DNA of 64,000 nucleotides from Octopus sinensis (lineage: Eukaryota): assembly GCF_006345805.1 (NCBI RefSeq), contig NW_021833256.1:1-64000 (forward strand), written 5' to 3'. The notes beneath the pieces are model-generated. The model was not told the DNA's origin. It searched no databases and saw nothing but the letters and a program-made list of their open reading frames with translations. Shown here one piece after another: positions 1-13,747 of this stretch (position 1 is its first letter; each line of letters starts with the position of its first letter). Made by a program: the position numbers and the translations under genes.

Positions 1-1374
1 GGTTTTCAAGCAAGGTAAATATTTCCCCACGGCTGGACATGTTTCCACAGAAGGTTTTGAAACAAACTACCCCGCTTGTATGACGGTGATGTTCATTTAC
101 AACTATCCCACGATGTCAAGACAAGGAGACGGCACAACCCCCACACACATACACATACTTATACATATGCTAAAGGCTTCTTTTAGTTTCCATCTAACAC
201 AGTGGCTCTCATCTTGGGTCTATATGGCCCTTGATGATGGTGATAGTGGGGAGTCCACATAAGATTTTGTTGTTAAAATTTATTTGCAATAAACTGGTTA
301 TATTTCTATAATACGAGCTGGCAGAACCGTTAGCATGCCGGGCGAAATGCGTAGCCGTATTTCGTTTGCCGTTACGTTATGAGTTCAAATTCCGCCGAGG
401 TCAACTTTGCCTTTCATCCTTTTGGGGTCGATAAATTAAGTACCAGTTATGCACTGGGGTCAATGTAATCGACTTAATTCGTTTGTCTGTCCTTGTTTGT
501 CCAAAGAATATTTGAACAATTTTTGGATCTTTTCACTTTGACCGGCAAATTTTTAAAATAATTTCTTTCTAACTAAATACTTTTAAACTTCGTATACTGG
601 TAGTGTGTTACATAAAACATCTTTCTCTCTTGGCTTTCGTGAGAAAATTCTGTACTTTGTAAACTATTTCTTGTTAAATTTCTTGCATTTCAGCAATTTC
701 AACCAATCAATGACGTCTATTGAGGTGAATACAATTTCTGCGGTTGTGTGTCAATGCAGTGTCATATCAGTTTACCTTTACCTTACCTTACTAATCTACC
801 ACATCCACTCATAAGGCTTTGGTTGGCCTGGGGTTATAATAGAACACACTTGCTCAAAGTGACATGCAGTGGAACTGAACCCAGAGCCATGTGGTTAGGA
901 AGCAATCTCTTTAACCATACAGCCACGCCTTTGGTAAAAATAATTGTAAGGGAATATGAGCTGATGGCAGAGGTGAAGATCAATATGGACATGTCGGTGG
1001 GCTTGCAGCTGGGAATCTGTAGAAGTAGGTCCATGCCATCAAATGGCATTGTGGGACATTGGATTGATGAACAAGTTAAACCGCTTGGAGCTTGGTCAGT
1101 TCCAACCTCTAAGTGGACTGAAACTGAGACAAGGTGCAAATAGGGATTCCAGTCTCACCCTGGAATGGACCAAGTGGAGGCTGTCCCTCAAAGGTAGATA
1201 GAAGTGGTGGATGCCTATGTCATTTCCGTTAGAGTTTACTGCCTGACCTTCATGCCTTAGCTTAGTTACCATCTGATGAAATTGGAGTCTCTGTTATTCA
1301 ATTTCTTGCAGAAAGGATATGGTCCACTGGTTAGGTGGTCCATCTTGTGCCAGCACCCTCTGCACAGCAGTTTA

Positions 1375-1706
1375 GATATGCCGTGGCTGCTGGTATGCAG
1401 GCACATGCTGAGGCCATGCTACTTGCAGACCCATGGTTATTGGTGTGCAGGCACATGTTGAGGCTGTGCTACCTGCAGACCTGTGGCTTCTGGCATGCAG
1501 CCACATGTTGAGGCTGTGCTAGCTGCAGACCCATGGCTGCTGGTGTGCAGCCACATGTTGAAGCTGTGCTACCTGTAGACCCATGGCTGGTGGTGTGCAT
1601 GCATATGTTGAGACTGTGCTACCTGCAGACCCATGGCTGCTGGCATGCAGCCACATGTTGAGGCTGTACTACCTGCAGGCACGTGGCTGCTGGTGTGCAG
1701 ATACAT
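1375..1706. repeat. 50-bp minisatellite, about 6.6 copies
   Basis: Unit gcagacccatggctgctggtgtgcagccacatgttgaggctgtgctacct recurs at 1425, 1475, 1525, 1575, 1625 and 1675. Confidence 0.95.
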
Positions 1707-1995
1707 GGCTTAGTGGTTAGGGTATTCAGCTCACAGTCATAAGATCATGAGTTCAATTCCCAGCAGCACATTGTATCCTTGACCAAGACACTTTATTTCA
1801 CATTGCTCCAGTCCACTCAGTTGGCAAAAGTGAACTGTACCTGTAATTCAAAGGGACAGCCTTGTCACACTCTGTGTCACACTGAATCTCCCTGGGAACT
1901 ACATTAAGGGTACACATGTCTGTGGAGTGCTCAGCTACTCGCACGTTAATTTCACGAGCGGGCTGTTCCATTGATTGGATCAACTGGAACCCTTG
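1707..1995 (+). mobile_element. tRNA-derived SINE with CORE-like body (head 2, tail Y); head 2 also at 16085-16275
   Basis: ggcttagtggttagg A box, gagttcaattccc B box, ccttgaccaagacactt...gctccagtccactcag body; tail shared with 5615-5800. Confidence 0.75.
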
Positions 1996-3589
1996 TCTTC
2001 TTAACTAATGGAGAGCCAGTGCCAGTGGGTGCCACCTGCGGAGATTCCTTGATGGTAAACCTTTGCGAGCACTGTTCCTGAGGCATGTCTTTCCACAGTT
2101 TGCCTCCTTGATGGAGCTGCAGGTCTGAGTGAAGCAAAAAACTGAGACAGGGTGCCTGGATTCTGGAATGTCACTAGGCACTCAGTGACTTCTTCTCGTT
2201 GAACAACAGAATCAGTCAATGTTCCACAACTAGCAAGCTATGGAAGATTAGTGGTGAGCAAGAAAGATGATGTTCTTGGTGAAATTCTGCATTATTGAGC
2301 AGAATATTTGCTGTAGTCCATCTTTTATACCAAGACAAAACAGTATATACAATAACACTTCCAGTCAGTTAAGATCAGAAGCCATGAGAGCCACTGCCTG
2401 CTACTGCATCAGGGCATTTACTATTATTAGTATTATAAGGTTGTGAACTAGTAAAACTGTCGATGTACTAGATAAAATGCTTAGTGGCGTCTCTTCCAGC
2501 TCTTTATGTTCTGAGTTCAAATACTGCTGAAGTCAACATTGCCTTTCATCCTTTCGGGGTCAATAGAATAAAGTACAATTTAAGTATTATCATAATCCCC
2601 ATCTTTACTGTTCTTGTAATTATCATCATCATCGTTGTCATTGTCATCATTATCATTGTTGTCATCATAATCGTCATTGTCATCATTAGCATCAGCATCA
2701 TCATTGTCATTGTCATCATTATCATCATCGTCATCATTATCATCATCGTCATTGTCATCATCATTGCCTTTGGGATAAGTGAGACGTATCTGCAATTCTG
2801 TTATACCTGCATGAGAATTAAAACCAGTTTTCATTAGACTTGTTCTATCAGGTGACCAGGGTGTTTGTGTGTGTGTGTAGCAGGGTGGTGAAGGGGAGGA
2901 TAGGCAACAACAACAAGAACATGAACAACAGCAATTGCATAAACATTAATCCCAACTATATTACATTAGTTTGTGGAGTCACAATGGCCCAGTGGTTAGG
3001 GCAGCAGACTCGTGGTTGGAGGATTGCAGTTTCGATTCCCAGACTGGGAGTTGTGTGTGTTTATTGAGCAAAAACACCTAAAAAAGCTCTACGAAGCTCC
3101 GGCAGGGGGTAGTTGTGAACCCTGTTGTACTCTTTCACCCCAACTTTCTTTCACTCTTTCTTCTGGTTTCTTGAGTAATGCTGCGATGGACTGGCGTCCC
3201 GTCCAGCTGGGGAGAACACATATGCCACAGAAACCGGGAAACTGGGAAACCAAGCCCATGAGCCTAGCTAGGCTTGAAAAGGGCGACATTTTTTTTTTTA
3301 TATTACATTAGTTTATGGGTGTCATAAGGAAATAAATGTTAAAATCAGAGGCTGTTGACTATTCTTTTCTACTCTAAGCACGAGGCCTGAAATTTTGGGA
3401 GAGGGGGCCAGTTGATTAGATCGACAACAGTACACAATTGGTACTTAAGTTATCGACCCCAAAAGGATGACAGGCAAAGTCGACCTCGGCAGAATTTGAA
3501 CTCTGAACATAAGGGCAGGCAAAATATTGCTAAGCATTTCACCTGGCATACAATCGTATATGTATGTGTGCATATATATGTGTTTGCTT

Positions 3590-3655
<66 letters not shown>

Positions 3656-4447
3656 TGAATGGAAGAAATGGAGTTGAACGAAGATTGTACAGAATCCTTT
3701 TATTACATTCTACACATGTTTCAAAGGCCACATCTTTCCATTTCAAACAATATATATATATATATATAGTTGTGGGGCTGTTGCCAGTGCCACCTGGCTG
3801 GCACACGTGTTGGTGGCACGTAATAAGTACCATCCAAATGTGGTCAATGCCAGTTTCTCCTCCAACAAGCTCCTGTGTCGGTGGCATGTAAAAAGCACCC
3901 ACTACACTCTTGGAGTGGTTGGCATTAGGAAGAGCATCCCACTGTAGAAACCTTGGCAGATCAGATTGGAGCCTGGCACAACCTACTGGCTTGCCAGTCC
4001 CAAGTCAAACCATCCAACCTATGCCAGCATGGAAAACAGACATTTAAATGGTGATGATGATGATATATATATGTATGCGTGTATATATGTGTGTTTGCGT
4101 GTGTATATATATATATATATATAAGAGAGGGACACACAAACAATCACTGCTTTTACACAGTTCCGCTTACCAAATTACACTCACCGGGTATTGGTCAACC
4201 TAGAGTTGCAGTAGAAGGTATCACAGTGCGAGGTTGGACCCTGAACCCCGTGGTTGTAAAGCAAACTTCTTAAACACACAGCCCATGCCTGTTTGCATGT
4301 TTGCTGGATTTGAACTCAAGATGTATCAGTTGGTAGACCAATCAATACATCAATAGCTTACCTTGAATACTGCTCTCTTTTTTCTTCCACTGAGAGAAAA
4401 AAGAGAAAAAGTAGTTCTCTTTCCTGAAGTACATAGATTTTTCCTTA

Positions 4448-4491
<44 letters not shown>

Positions 4492-4509
4492 TATATATAT
4501 ATATTATAT

Positions 4510-4558
<49 letters not shown>

Positions 4559-5429
4559 TATACATGCATATGTATACACATATATATATATACACACCAT
4601 ACACATATATATTCTTTCTATTTCTTTCTCCCTCTTTCATTGCTATAATAGCGAGTTCAGCAAACAACAGACTTTTCTTGTTTTTGTTTTTACTTTATTA
4701 TCTCAACATGCTTCTGTATGCAAGTATATTTTTGTGTGTGTGTGTTTTTGCCTGAACATATTTCTATATTATTTCAGTATTCATTTTCATTAAAAATTTT
4801 TTCTTGTTTTGTTTCACAAAAACCCTATAATTCTATTGGATTTCGTTTTTCATATTCCCAACATAAGTAGCATGCTCAGTGTTAGACATATTGAATGTTG
4901 AATAGAGCTTGATGGAGGACTACATTATATTTCATAAAAGCAACATTCAGGAAAGCAAAAAAAAAAAATAATAATAATAAATAATAAATAAAAAAAACAA
5001 TAAATGCATATTTTTTTTATTCATTTTACTAAATAATTATCAAAAGAATAAAATAAAATATGCATTCTTGCTTCAGTTATTTCTGAGATATCTTAGTTTT
5101 AGGTGATCGTGAAATCAACCAAGCAAGCAGAAAAATAAAAATAAAAAACACGGGGAAAATCAAACCAAAAAAATTAACTGAAGTACCTAATTCTGGCAGG
5201 GGTTGAATATGTTGAATGAGAAGTAGGAGGGAGGATATGAAGGGGCATGATATTAGCTAACCTTAGGAACATGTGCAGGGCTGGTACACACACTGTGACA
5301 ACTGTTACATTACAAATATATAAGCATATGAAGAGTGTTCTTTGGAATGTTGTTGTTATTGTTGTACACACACACACACACATACATATGTGTGTGTCTG
5401 TGTGTGTGTGTAACATATGGTACAATTAT

Positions 5430-5800
5430 GTGGAGGCACAATGGCCCAGTGGTTAGGGCAGTGGACTCGCGGTCATAGGATTGCAGTTTCAATTCCCAGA
5501 CCGGACATTGTTAGTGTTTATTGAGCGAAAACACTTAAAGCTCCACGAAGCTCCAGCAGGGGGGCGGTGGCAAACCCTGCTGTACTCTTTCACCACACTT
5601 TCTCTCACTCTTCTTGTATCTGTTGTACCTATATTTTCAAAGGGCCAGCCTTGTCACGCTGAATCTCCCTGACAACAACGTTAAGGGTACACGTCTGTGA
5701 GTCTGTGGAATGCTCAGCCACTTGCACGTTAATTTCAAGAGCAGGCTTTTCCATTGATTGGATCAACTGGAACCCTCGTCATCATGACCAACGAAGCGCC
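5430..5800 (+). mobile_element. tRNA-derived SINE family C; other copies 2977-3290 (+), 10075-10430 (-), 17100-17392 (+), 59325-59435 (partial)
   Basis: gcacaatggcccagtggttagggcag A box and gtttcaattccc B box; conserved body gtgtttattgagcgaaaacac...gctccggcagggg. Confidence 0.85.
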
Positions 5801-6818
5801 ATAGGTAAAATTATAAACAGGGCAAAATTTAGCCAATTCTCCGCAGACTGAAAAAAATGATGAACAACCTTAATCAATTTTCAAACCTTATTGGGTTCTC
5901 ATCAGAGGTGTCTACATCATTCTGACAATATATAAAGTTAGCTGAGTTAGAGGTTAAAATAACCATCTAAGGGATAGAAGGTGCAGGTGGCACGTAAAAA
6001 GCACCCACTACACTCACGGAGTGGTTGGCTTTAGGAAGGGCATCCAGCTGTAGAAACATTGCCAGATTAGACTGGAGCCTGGTGCAGCCTTCTGGCTTCC
6101 CAGAACCCCGGTCGAACCGTCCAACCCATGCTAGCATGGAGAACGGACGTTAAACGATGATGATGATGATGATGATTACACTACTGGTATATTACCTATG
6201 TTTAACCATGGGCATACATATGCAAGCATATTATGCTCATAAATTATAGGTGAAGACAAGGATGAACATGATGTAAGTCAATTGTTGTTCATCAGTATTT
6301 CTCCATTTTCTGTCTACTTTATATATATATATTCATATTATTTTGCTTCAGTCATTTGACTGTGGCCATGCTGGGGCACTGTCTTTTGTCGAGCAAACTG
6401 ACCCCAGAACTTATTCTTTGTAAGCCCACTACTTATTCTATCGGTCTCTTCTGCTGAACCACTAAGTTATGGGGGGGGGGCATAAACACACCAGCATCAG
6501 TTGTCAAGCGTTGTTGGGAGGACAGACACAGAAACACACACACACACACATGACAGGTTTCTTTCACTTTCTGTCTACCAAATCCACTTACAAGGCTATA
6601 GTAGAAGACACTTGCCCAAGGTGCCACACAGTGGGACTGAACCCAAAACCATGTGGTTGGGAAGCAAGCTTCTTACCACATGACCACGACTGTGCCTCTA
6701 TCTGTATGTATGCATCTATATATATATATACATATGTATCTCTATCAATTTATAGATATAGATAGGTAGAGTATGAGAATACATGTGCAACACACACACA
6801 CACATATACACACACATA

Positions 6819-7207
6819 CAGGGTGAACCAAAAGTCATGCACAAAATAAATTCAATATACGCTGGAATCGTCAAAGACTTGCTTCAATTTTTCTAAAATT
6901 GAATAAAATAAATAGAAAACGATGAACACACACATACATGTACATGACAAGCAAAATGAATAATAATAATAATAATGATAATGATAATAATAATGATAAT
7001 AATCATAATAATAATGATAATGATATAATAATGATAATATGATAATAATAATAATATAATGATAATAATAATGATATATAATATATTGATAATAATATAA
7101 TGATAATGACATGATAATATAATGATAATGATAATAATATGATGATAATGATAAGATAATGATTATAATAATGATAATATATAATGCTAATGATAATAAT
7201 AATAATG

Positions 7208-7239
<32 letters not shown>

Positions 7240-7722
7240 AATAATAATGATAATAAAATAATAATAATGATAATAATAATGATAATGACAATGATAATAA
7301 TAATGATAATGATAATATAATAATAATGATGATAATAATAATGATAAGATTATATAATGATAATAATAATATATGATAATAATAATAATGATAATAATAT
7401 AATGATAATGATAATAATATAATGATAATAATAATAATATAATAAAATAATATAATGACAATGATAATAATGATAATAATAATGATAATAATAATGATGA
7501 TAATAATAATGATAATGATTATAATAATGATAATAATAATAATGATAATGATAATAATAATAATGATGATGATTTATTTTTATTTGACACCTGAGCCAAG
7601 ATTGAAGGGGACAATACAAAGACAGATATAAAGTGTGGGCGTTTACACATTAATAATAATAATAATAATGTAATATGAATAAAATGCCAACTGTGCAGGT
7701 TCGTGACTTTTGGCCCACTCTG
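6819..7722. mobile_element. Tc1/pogo-like non-autonomous element whose interior is a giant trinucleotide array
   Basis: CAGGGTGAACCAAAAGTCA (6819-6837) versus reverse complement CAGAGTGGGCCAAAAGTCA (7704-7722), 16/19; TA on the left, TG on the right. Confidence 0.5.
6955..7575. repeat. About 620 bp degenerate (AAT/GAT)n array
   Basis: Visible directly; it generates the Y/H/I-rich minus-strand ORFs. Confidence 0.95.
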
Positions 7723-8164
7723 TGTGTGTGTATAAGCACATTTATGTATGAATGTATGCATATTTACATACACATACACAGTTATAGATATATACATCAA
7801 CGCAGATATGCACACATACATGAACAGATCCAACACTGAGAGAGAAAGAGCGAGATGTAATGAAATACTGCAACGTACCACCGTAATGTTACTGGCTTCC
7901 GGTGTCTGTGTGACCTTGTTACCCTATCACCCTCTCTACATCTAAGGTACATGACACCCTTGTTATTGATGCTCTGTTGTCAATTGTGTTATTTATGTTA
8001 TATAGACCCTGTGACATCCCCTGACAACTGTCTACAGCACACTAGGGTGTCATGACATCCCCTGCTGGAAATCACTGCTGTAATGATGTATTGAACTTTC
8101 TCAATGATGTTATATATTTCTGAAATGAGAGCCACTGTTTCCTTTTGCGAAGCAAAATATGAAA

Positions 8165-8172
8165 AAAATAAA

Positions 8173-8211
<39 letters not shown>

Positions 8212-8289
8212 TATATATATAAAGATAGATGCAAGGAGGGAAGTTGTTTACGGTTCAATATCAATCTATAGAATATTAAATATCTGTGC

Positions 8290-8346
<57 letters not shown>

Positions 8347-8720
8347 ATGTATATGTGTGTGTGTTGTGTATATATATATATATGTGTTTGTATGTATGTA
8401 TGTATATGTGTGTGTATATATATATATGTTTATATCTGTATGTGTATGTATATATATATATGTATACATGTTTATATGCGTGTATATATATATATATATA
8501 AGTATATATGTTTATATGTGTGTATGTATATAGAGATATATATGTATATATGTTTGTGTGTGTATGTATATAGAGATATATATGTATATATGTTTGTGTG
8601 TGTATGTATGTATATATATATGTATGCATGTATGTATTTGTATATGTATGCATGTATGTATTTGTATATGTATGTACATATGTATATATATATGTGTGTG
8701 TGTGTGTATATATATGTATA
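8165..8720. repeat. Compound (TA)/(TG) microsatellite with 42-bp and 24-bp internal duplications
   Basis: tatatagagatatatatgtatatatgttt is repeated 42 bp apart near 8528 and 8570. Confidence 0.85.
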
Positions 8721-8950
8721 GTCACAATGAGAATATTTAAATCTCTTATAAGGATATTTTATCCAAGATACCCTGGTTTGATATATCATATTTTGAAGAG
8801 ATATTTCTTCAATGAATATATTACATAAAATATCATAAAATACCAAACATTATTATCAAGTTAGGAAACAGAGTAATCTAATGGATAATAATTAATTTAT
8901 AAATTAACTTAATTTGTATGCATTAGATCTCACTGTTATCTAACTCGATA

Positions 8951-9000
<50 letters not shown>

Positions 9001-9014
9001 ACACACACTGCATC

Positions 9015-9245
9015 ATAATCATTTTTGATGTCTATTTTTCCATGTTTACATGGGTCAGATGGAATTTGCTGAGGCAGGTTTTCTACACCTGGATGCCCAT
9101 CCAGTTGCCAACATTTGCCTGTTCCAATTAAGGTGATATTACCACAAAGCTAGACATATTTTTTTACAGAAGATTGGAAACGAAGGACATGCTTGCATGA
9201 CGATGACTCTCGTTTACAGCAATCATGCGATGTCAAGCCAGGAGA
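9015..9245 (-). mobile_element. Second RTE-like 3'UTR family with (GAT)n tail; copies at 1-135 and 19400-19615
   Basis: Shared ggcagattttctac.gctggatgccc...aaggtaatatttcccca.ggc.agacatgttt...gatgtcaag.caagg. Confidence 0.6.
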
Positions 9246-9899
9246 TGTGCAAACATCTGCAGGAGGAGTTTTATTTAGGCATATCTTCTTTATTCATTAT
9301 ATAAAATCCGTTCTGTCTGTCTGAGTGTGTGTCTTCTAGGATCTCGGACATCCTCCATCCGATTGTGCTCAAATTTGATATTTGATAAAACCGTTTTTGT
9401 CCTGCTTTTCTTCTGTCAACCTGTACATATCTGCACCTTCCATTTTTTGTTGTTTTTGTACTGCTTAAAGGCACGTTTCTTTCCTGCCAAGCTTACTGTT
9501 TAAACCATGTTTGTGTTCTCCCAGTCAACAGCCTTATCATTACTGGTACTTTAAACTCTTTGGTTGCATATTTATGTGAATAAAATCGTTTTTCTTTGGA
9601 ATAGAAAAAAAGTCTATCTTTATTTCTTCTTTTGCTGGTGTCTCAGATTTAGGTTAAATCAGTGTTTCTCAAAGGGGAGGCCTATGGGACGGACGGACAA
9701 GTTGTTTTGAGAAAATTTGGTTTAAATGTTTGACAACTCAGCACCGTCCATTGGAGGGGGGAGGGGGCGTTTTGCTCGTATATATATATATATATATATA
9801 TATAAGAAATTATATATAGGGTAAAAAAATTTTCTACCAGTTAGTATGCATAAAAGAGTCAATAGACAACATATTTTTTGTATAAAATTAGTGTTCATT

Positions 9900-10018
9900 T
9901 ATATACAAAAGGTGTGAGCCTAACAGCTCCTTTGAAATTACTCTTAACCGTGGTTTGGACTTTGACTGCTCCTTTTAGCATGTAAGGTGTCCTGTTAGGC
10001 TCACCTCTTTTGTGTATA
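9900..10018. mobile_element. MITE-like palindrome with about 27-bp arms
   Basis: tatacaaaaggtgtgagcctaacag versus reverse complement tatacacaaaagaggtgagcctaacag; GTGAGCCTAACAG is perfect; TA ends. Confidence 0.65.
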
Positions 10019-10461
10019 ATTGTACACTAATTTTATATATATATGTGTGTATATATATCGTGGCACTTTGTCACTTATGACAATGAAGGTTCCAGTTGAT
10101 CCGATCAACAGAACAGCCTGCTCGTGCAAGTGGTTGTCACTCCACAAACATGTGTACCCTTAACGAAGTTCTCAGGGAGATCCAGCATAACACGGTGTGT
10201 GATAAGGCTGGCCCTTTGAAATACAGGTACAATAGAAACAGGAAGAAAGAGTGAGAGAAAGTTGTGGTGAAAGAGTTAAGCAGGGTTTGCCACCCACCCA
10301 CTGCCGGAGTGCCATGGAGTTTTATGTGTTTTCGCTCAATAAACACTCACAACGCCCAGTCTTGGAATCGAAACCATGATCCTACGACCTCGAGTCCACT
10401 GCCCTAACCAACGGGACATTGCGCCTCCACAATATATATATATAATATATATATATATATA

Positions 10462-10647
10462 GGGGGAGAATTCACTAAAAAAAAAAAACAAAAGATGAAG
10501 ACAGGTGGTGTAGACAAAAAACAGATGTATTAGTATAACACTTGGGAAGTGAAAAAATCTTTAACATTTCGAGCCTACGCTCTTCCACAAAAAGAAACAA
10601 GGAGAGAAAATAAAGAATGTGTAGTGGCTAACAATCTATCATGGCGA
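10462..10647 (-). mobile_element. Analogous (TA)n-adjacent element with decayed hammerhead; related end fragment at about 50976-51040
   Basis: Begins directly after (TA)n. acaaaagatgaagacaggtggtgtag...gtattagt recurs in diverged form at 50987-51032, also next to (TA)n. Confidence 0.5.
10558..10595 (-). ncRNA. Degenerate hammerhead-like motif in a (TA)n-adjacent element
   Basis: Minus strand TCTTT-TTGTGGA-A-GAGC(GTAG)GCTC-GAA-ATGT-T-AAAGA. Geometry and stem II match the 25394 motif; the core has 2 substitutions. Confidence 0.45.
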
Positions 10648-11050
10648 ATGCCGGACAAAAGGGTCTCGGTCACCAAAATTTGGAAAAAGATCTTTTTATT
10701 TATTCATTATTATTAACGTTTCTGTTTGTTTCCCGAAATTATCAAACAAGTTTGAGAAACGAACGAAAGCGCTAATAATGAATAAATGAAAAGATTCTTT
10801 TCCAAAATTCTGGTGACCTTTTTTTCTCAATATTCAATATTTGTATACCACACCTAGCACTCTATACATATACATACATACATGCACACACACATAAATA
10901 GTCATCTAAATATATTCATTCTTTATTTGTGAATTAACAACACTATTAATGGTTTCATGCAGCAGGTTTTGCACTCATCCAAGCATTATATTTAAGAATG
11001 CTATCACTGCTGATCAACAGATGGAAACTAAATTCACCCACCACTTACAG

Positions 11051-11428
11051 TGTGTTTTTCTCTTGAAAAACGCCGCCGCCGTAGTGATCTCATTCTCGCC
11101 CACAACATCATAAGCGGAAAGTGTAACCTCTCGAAAGAGCTGTTCTTCACTCCTGCTCCAGAGCGTCGGCTGCGGGGTCATTCCGAAAAGCTCTACCTGC
11201 GACGATTTCATCTCAATCGAAGGAGAGGAGCTTTCTCCGTCCGGGTTGCGGATCCGTGGAACAAGCTGCCAGATGAGATGGTGAAGATGCCGACGACCGC
11301 TTTGTTCAAAGCCTCCCTGGACCTCAAGTGGCCTGAACTCTTTACATGAACACCACCCTGTACTTAACTCCATGTCCCCCTACATGGCCTTGCTATTTGC
11401 TTTTGAGCCAAATTAACTAACTAACTAC
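11051..11428 (+). mobile_element. CR1-clade LINE 3' end (young, ORF intact over fragment)
   Basis: FSLEKRRRRSDLILAHNIISG...LRGHSEKL...FSVRVADPWNKLP...FKASLD is the CR1 ORF2 C-terminal signature. CpG-rich; ends in (ctaa)n. Confidence 0.85.
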
Positions 11429-11921
11429 CATAAATGGATTTTTTTCCTGATGAAAACCATAGCTTCTGGTGTTTCAACTACACACACACACATTGAGTAT
11501 GTTGCATTGATATAGTTTTTGCTGTGGAACTGCTTTGATTGCATAATTCAGATTTTTAGTTTGCTCGTGCAGTGCTTTCGTACACCAGCATATAGTTTAT
11601 ACCCCTGTCCCTATGTACTGCAAACCAGCTGATTCGATTTCATTTTGAAAGGGACATGAGAAATGCGAGATTGAGAAACTATTACAAACACAAAATATGT
11701 ATCTGTTGATCTTGCAGTCACTTCTGGGATGATTTCATTTCACCTGGCTTTGAAATATATATATATACTTTTTTTTTTTAACACAATATGTCTATAAAAG
11801 GATTTTTTCCCCAATGAAAAATTGCAGCTTCTGGTGTTTCAACAACACACATACATTAAAGATGTTATATTGATGGAATTTTTACTGTAGAGCTGCTTCC
11901 ATTATTTAATTCAAATATATA

Positions 11922-11970
<49 letters not shown>

Positions 11971-13716
11971 TCTTTTACTTGTTTCAGTCATTTGATTGTG
12001 GCCATGCAGGAGCACTACCTTTAGTTGAGCAAATCAACCCCAGGACTTATTCTTTGTAAGCCTAGTACTTATTCTGTTGGTCTCTTTTGCTGAACTGCTA
12101 AGTTACGGGGACATAAACACACCAGCATCAGTTGTCAAGCGATGTTGGGGGGACAAATACAGACACACAAACACACACATATATATATACATATACACGA
12201 TGGGCTTCTTTTCAGTTTCCGTCTACCAAATCCACTCACAAGGCTTTGGTCGGCCCGAGGCTATAGTAGAAGACACTTGCCCAAGGTGCCACGCAGTGGG
12301 ACTGAACCCGGAACTATGTGGTTCATAAGCAAGCTACTTACCACACAGCCACTCCCGTGCCTATAATCATTTTCATGTCAAAACAAATTTTTTTGTTCCA
12401 TGGACAATTATATCTCATTTGAAAGTTTTGGATGTGAACTTCCTTCTCATATACTTTTGATCAAAATCTGACACTTACATATCAGGAAAGGTCCCCTCAA
12501 TCACCCTTATAAAGTGTATGGCTCAAGAACACAACACACAGCCCGGTCTGGGAATCAAACTCATAACCTCATAATTGTAAGCCTGATGCCCTAACCACTC
12601 ACGTTCGTCCTGCCCATTTTTGCTCTTGACTGCTGAACAGTAACTCTTATTCTAGTTCAGTGCACTGGAGCACTACTACCTGATTTGTGTTGAAAATGAT
12701 ACGACCATGAAAAGGACTTTTTTGTTTTATTTTGATATAAAAATCAATAAGGACATTTTTTGTTTTATTTTGATATGAAAATCGATGGAGGTAGGTCAGA
12801 TAATTGTTATGAAATATATTAAGTGAAAATTTTATCGTTAATTTTCACTTTGAAAAGAACATGTTTTCTTCAAGATTTTTATACCATAAGAAAGAATAAT
12901 TTTCCTCAAATTCAGTACAGCCATTGATGATTCTGACCACGATATTTCACGGAAGCACTAAGTCAATATAAAGAGGCTGCCGTGACTGTTTGCATAGCAT
13001 TAAAGTGTATTGACACTGCTTGTCAAAACCTAGTTTGACCAGTAGACTCTGTCATCATCTTTGTTTAACATTCATTTTCCATGCTGGCATGGGTTGGACA
13101 GTTTGACTGAGGATTGGCAAGCCAGAAGGCCGCACCAGGCTCGAACCTGAACTGGCAATGTTTCTACAGCTGGATGCCCTTCCTAACGCCAACCACTCTC
13201 AGAGTGTAGTGGAAGCTTTTTACATGCCACCAGCATGGGAGCCAGTTAGATGGCATTGGCCACATTTGGATGGTGCTTTTTGTATGCTACCAGCACAGGA
13301 GCCAGTCAGGGTGGGGGGCTGGCATTGACCACATTCGGATGGAGCTTTTTATGAAAAGGTGTGTGACTCAAAGGAGATTTCACTATTGTTTCTAGCAACA
13401 TCCCATGACTACCCTCCTCATTTCTCTACCCCACCCCATCCCAGGGACCAAGCAAGTTGTGTGTGTATATAAGAAAAAAATTATTTACAAACAACAAAGT
13501 ATTCTTTTATTTGTTTTAATCATTTGACTGCAGCCATGCTGGAGCACCTCCTTTAGTCAAACAAATCAATCCCAGGACTTATTCTTTGTAAGCCTAGTAC
13601 TTATTCTATCGGTATCTTTTGCCGAATCGCTAAGTTACAGGGACGTAAACACACCAACATGGGTTGTCAAGTGATGGTGGGGAGACAAACACAGACACAC
13701 AAACTTATACATACAT

Positions 13717-13747
<31 letters not shown>

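Larger units (their letters stand above)
931..2290 (+). mobile_element. Tx1/L1-clade LINE ORF2 fragment (post-RT region), interrupted by a 50-bp minisatellite and a SINE
   Basis: Degenerate translation AEVKINMDMSVGLQLG...KLESLLFNFLQKGYGPLVRWSILCQHPLHSSLDMPWL (931-1424) resumes as HLRRFLDGK...VFPQFASLMEL...YGRLVVSKKDDVLGEIL (about 2020-2290), with stops and frameshifts. Confidence 0.7.

Noticed and set aside
2484-2837. Hydrophobic poly-Ile ORF resembling a membrane protein
   Set aside because: SINE B sequence followed by an (ATC/GTC)n repeat.
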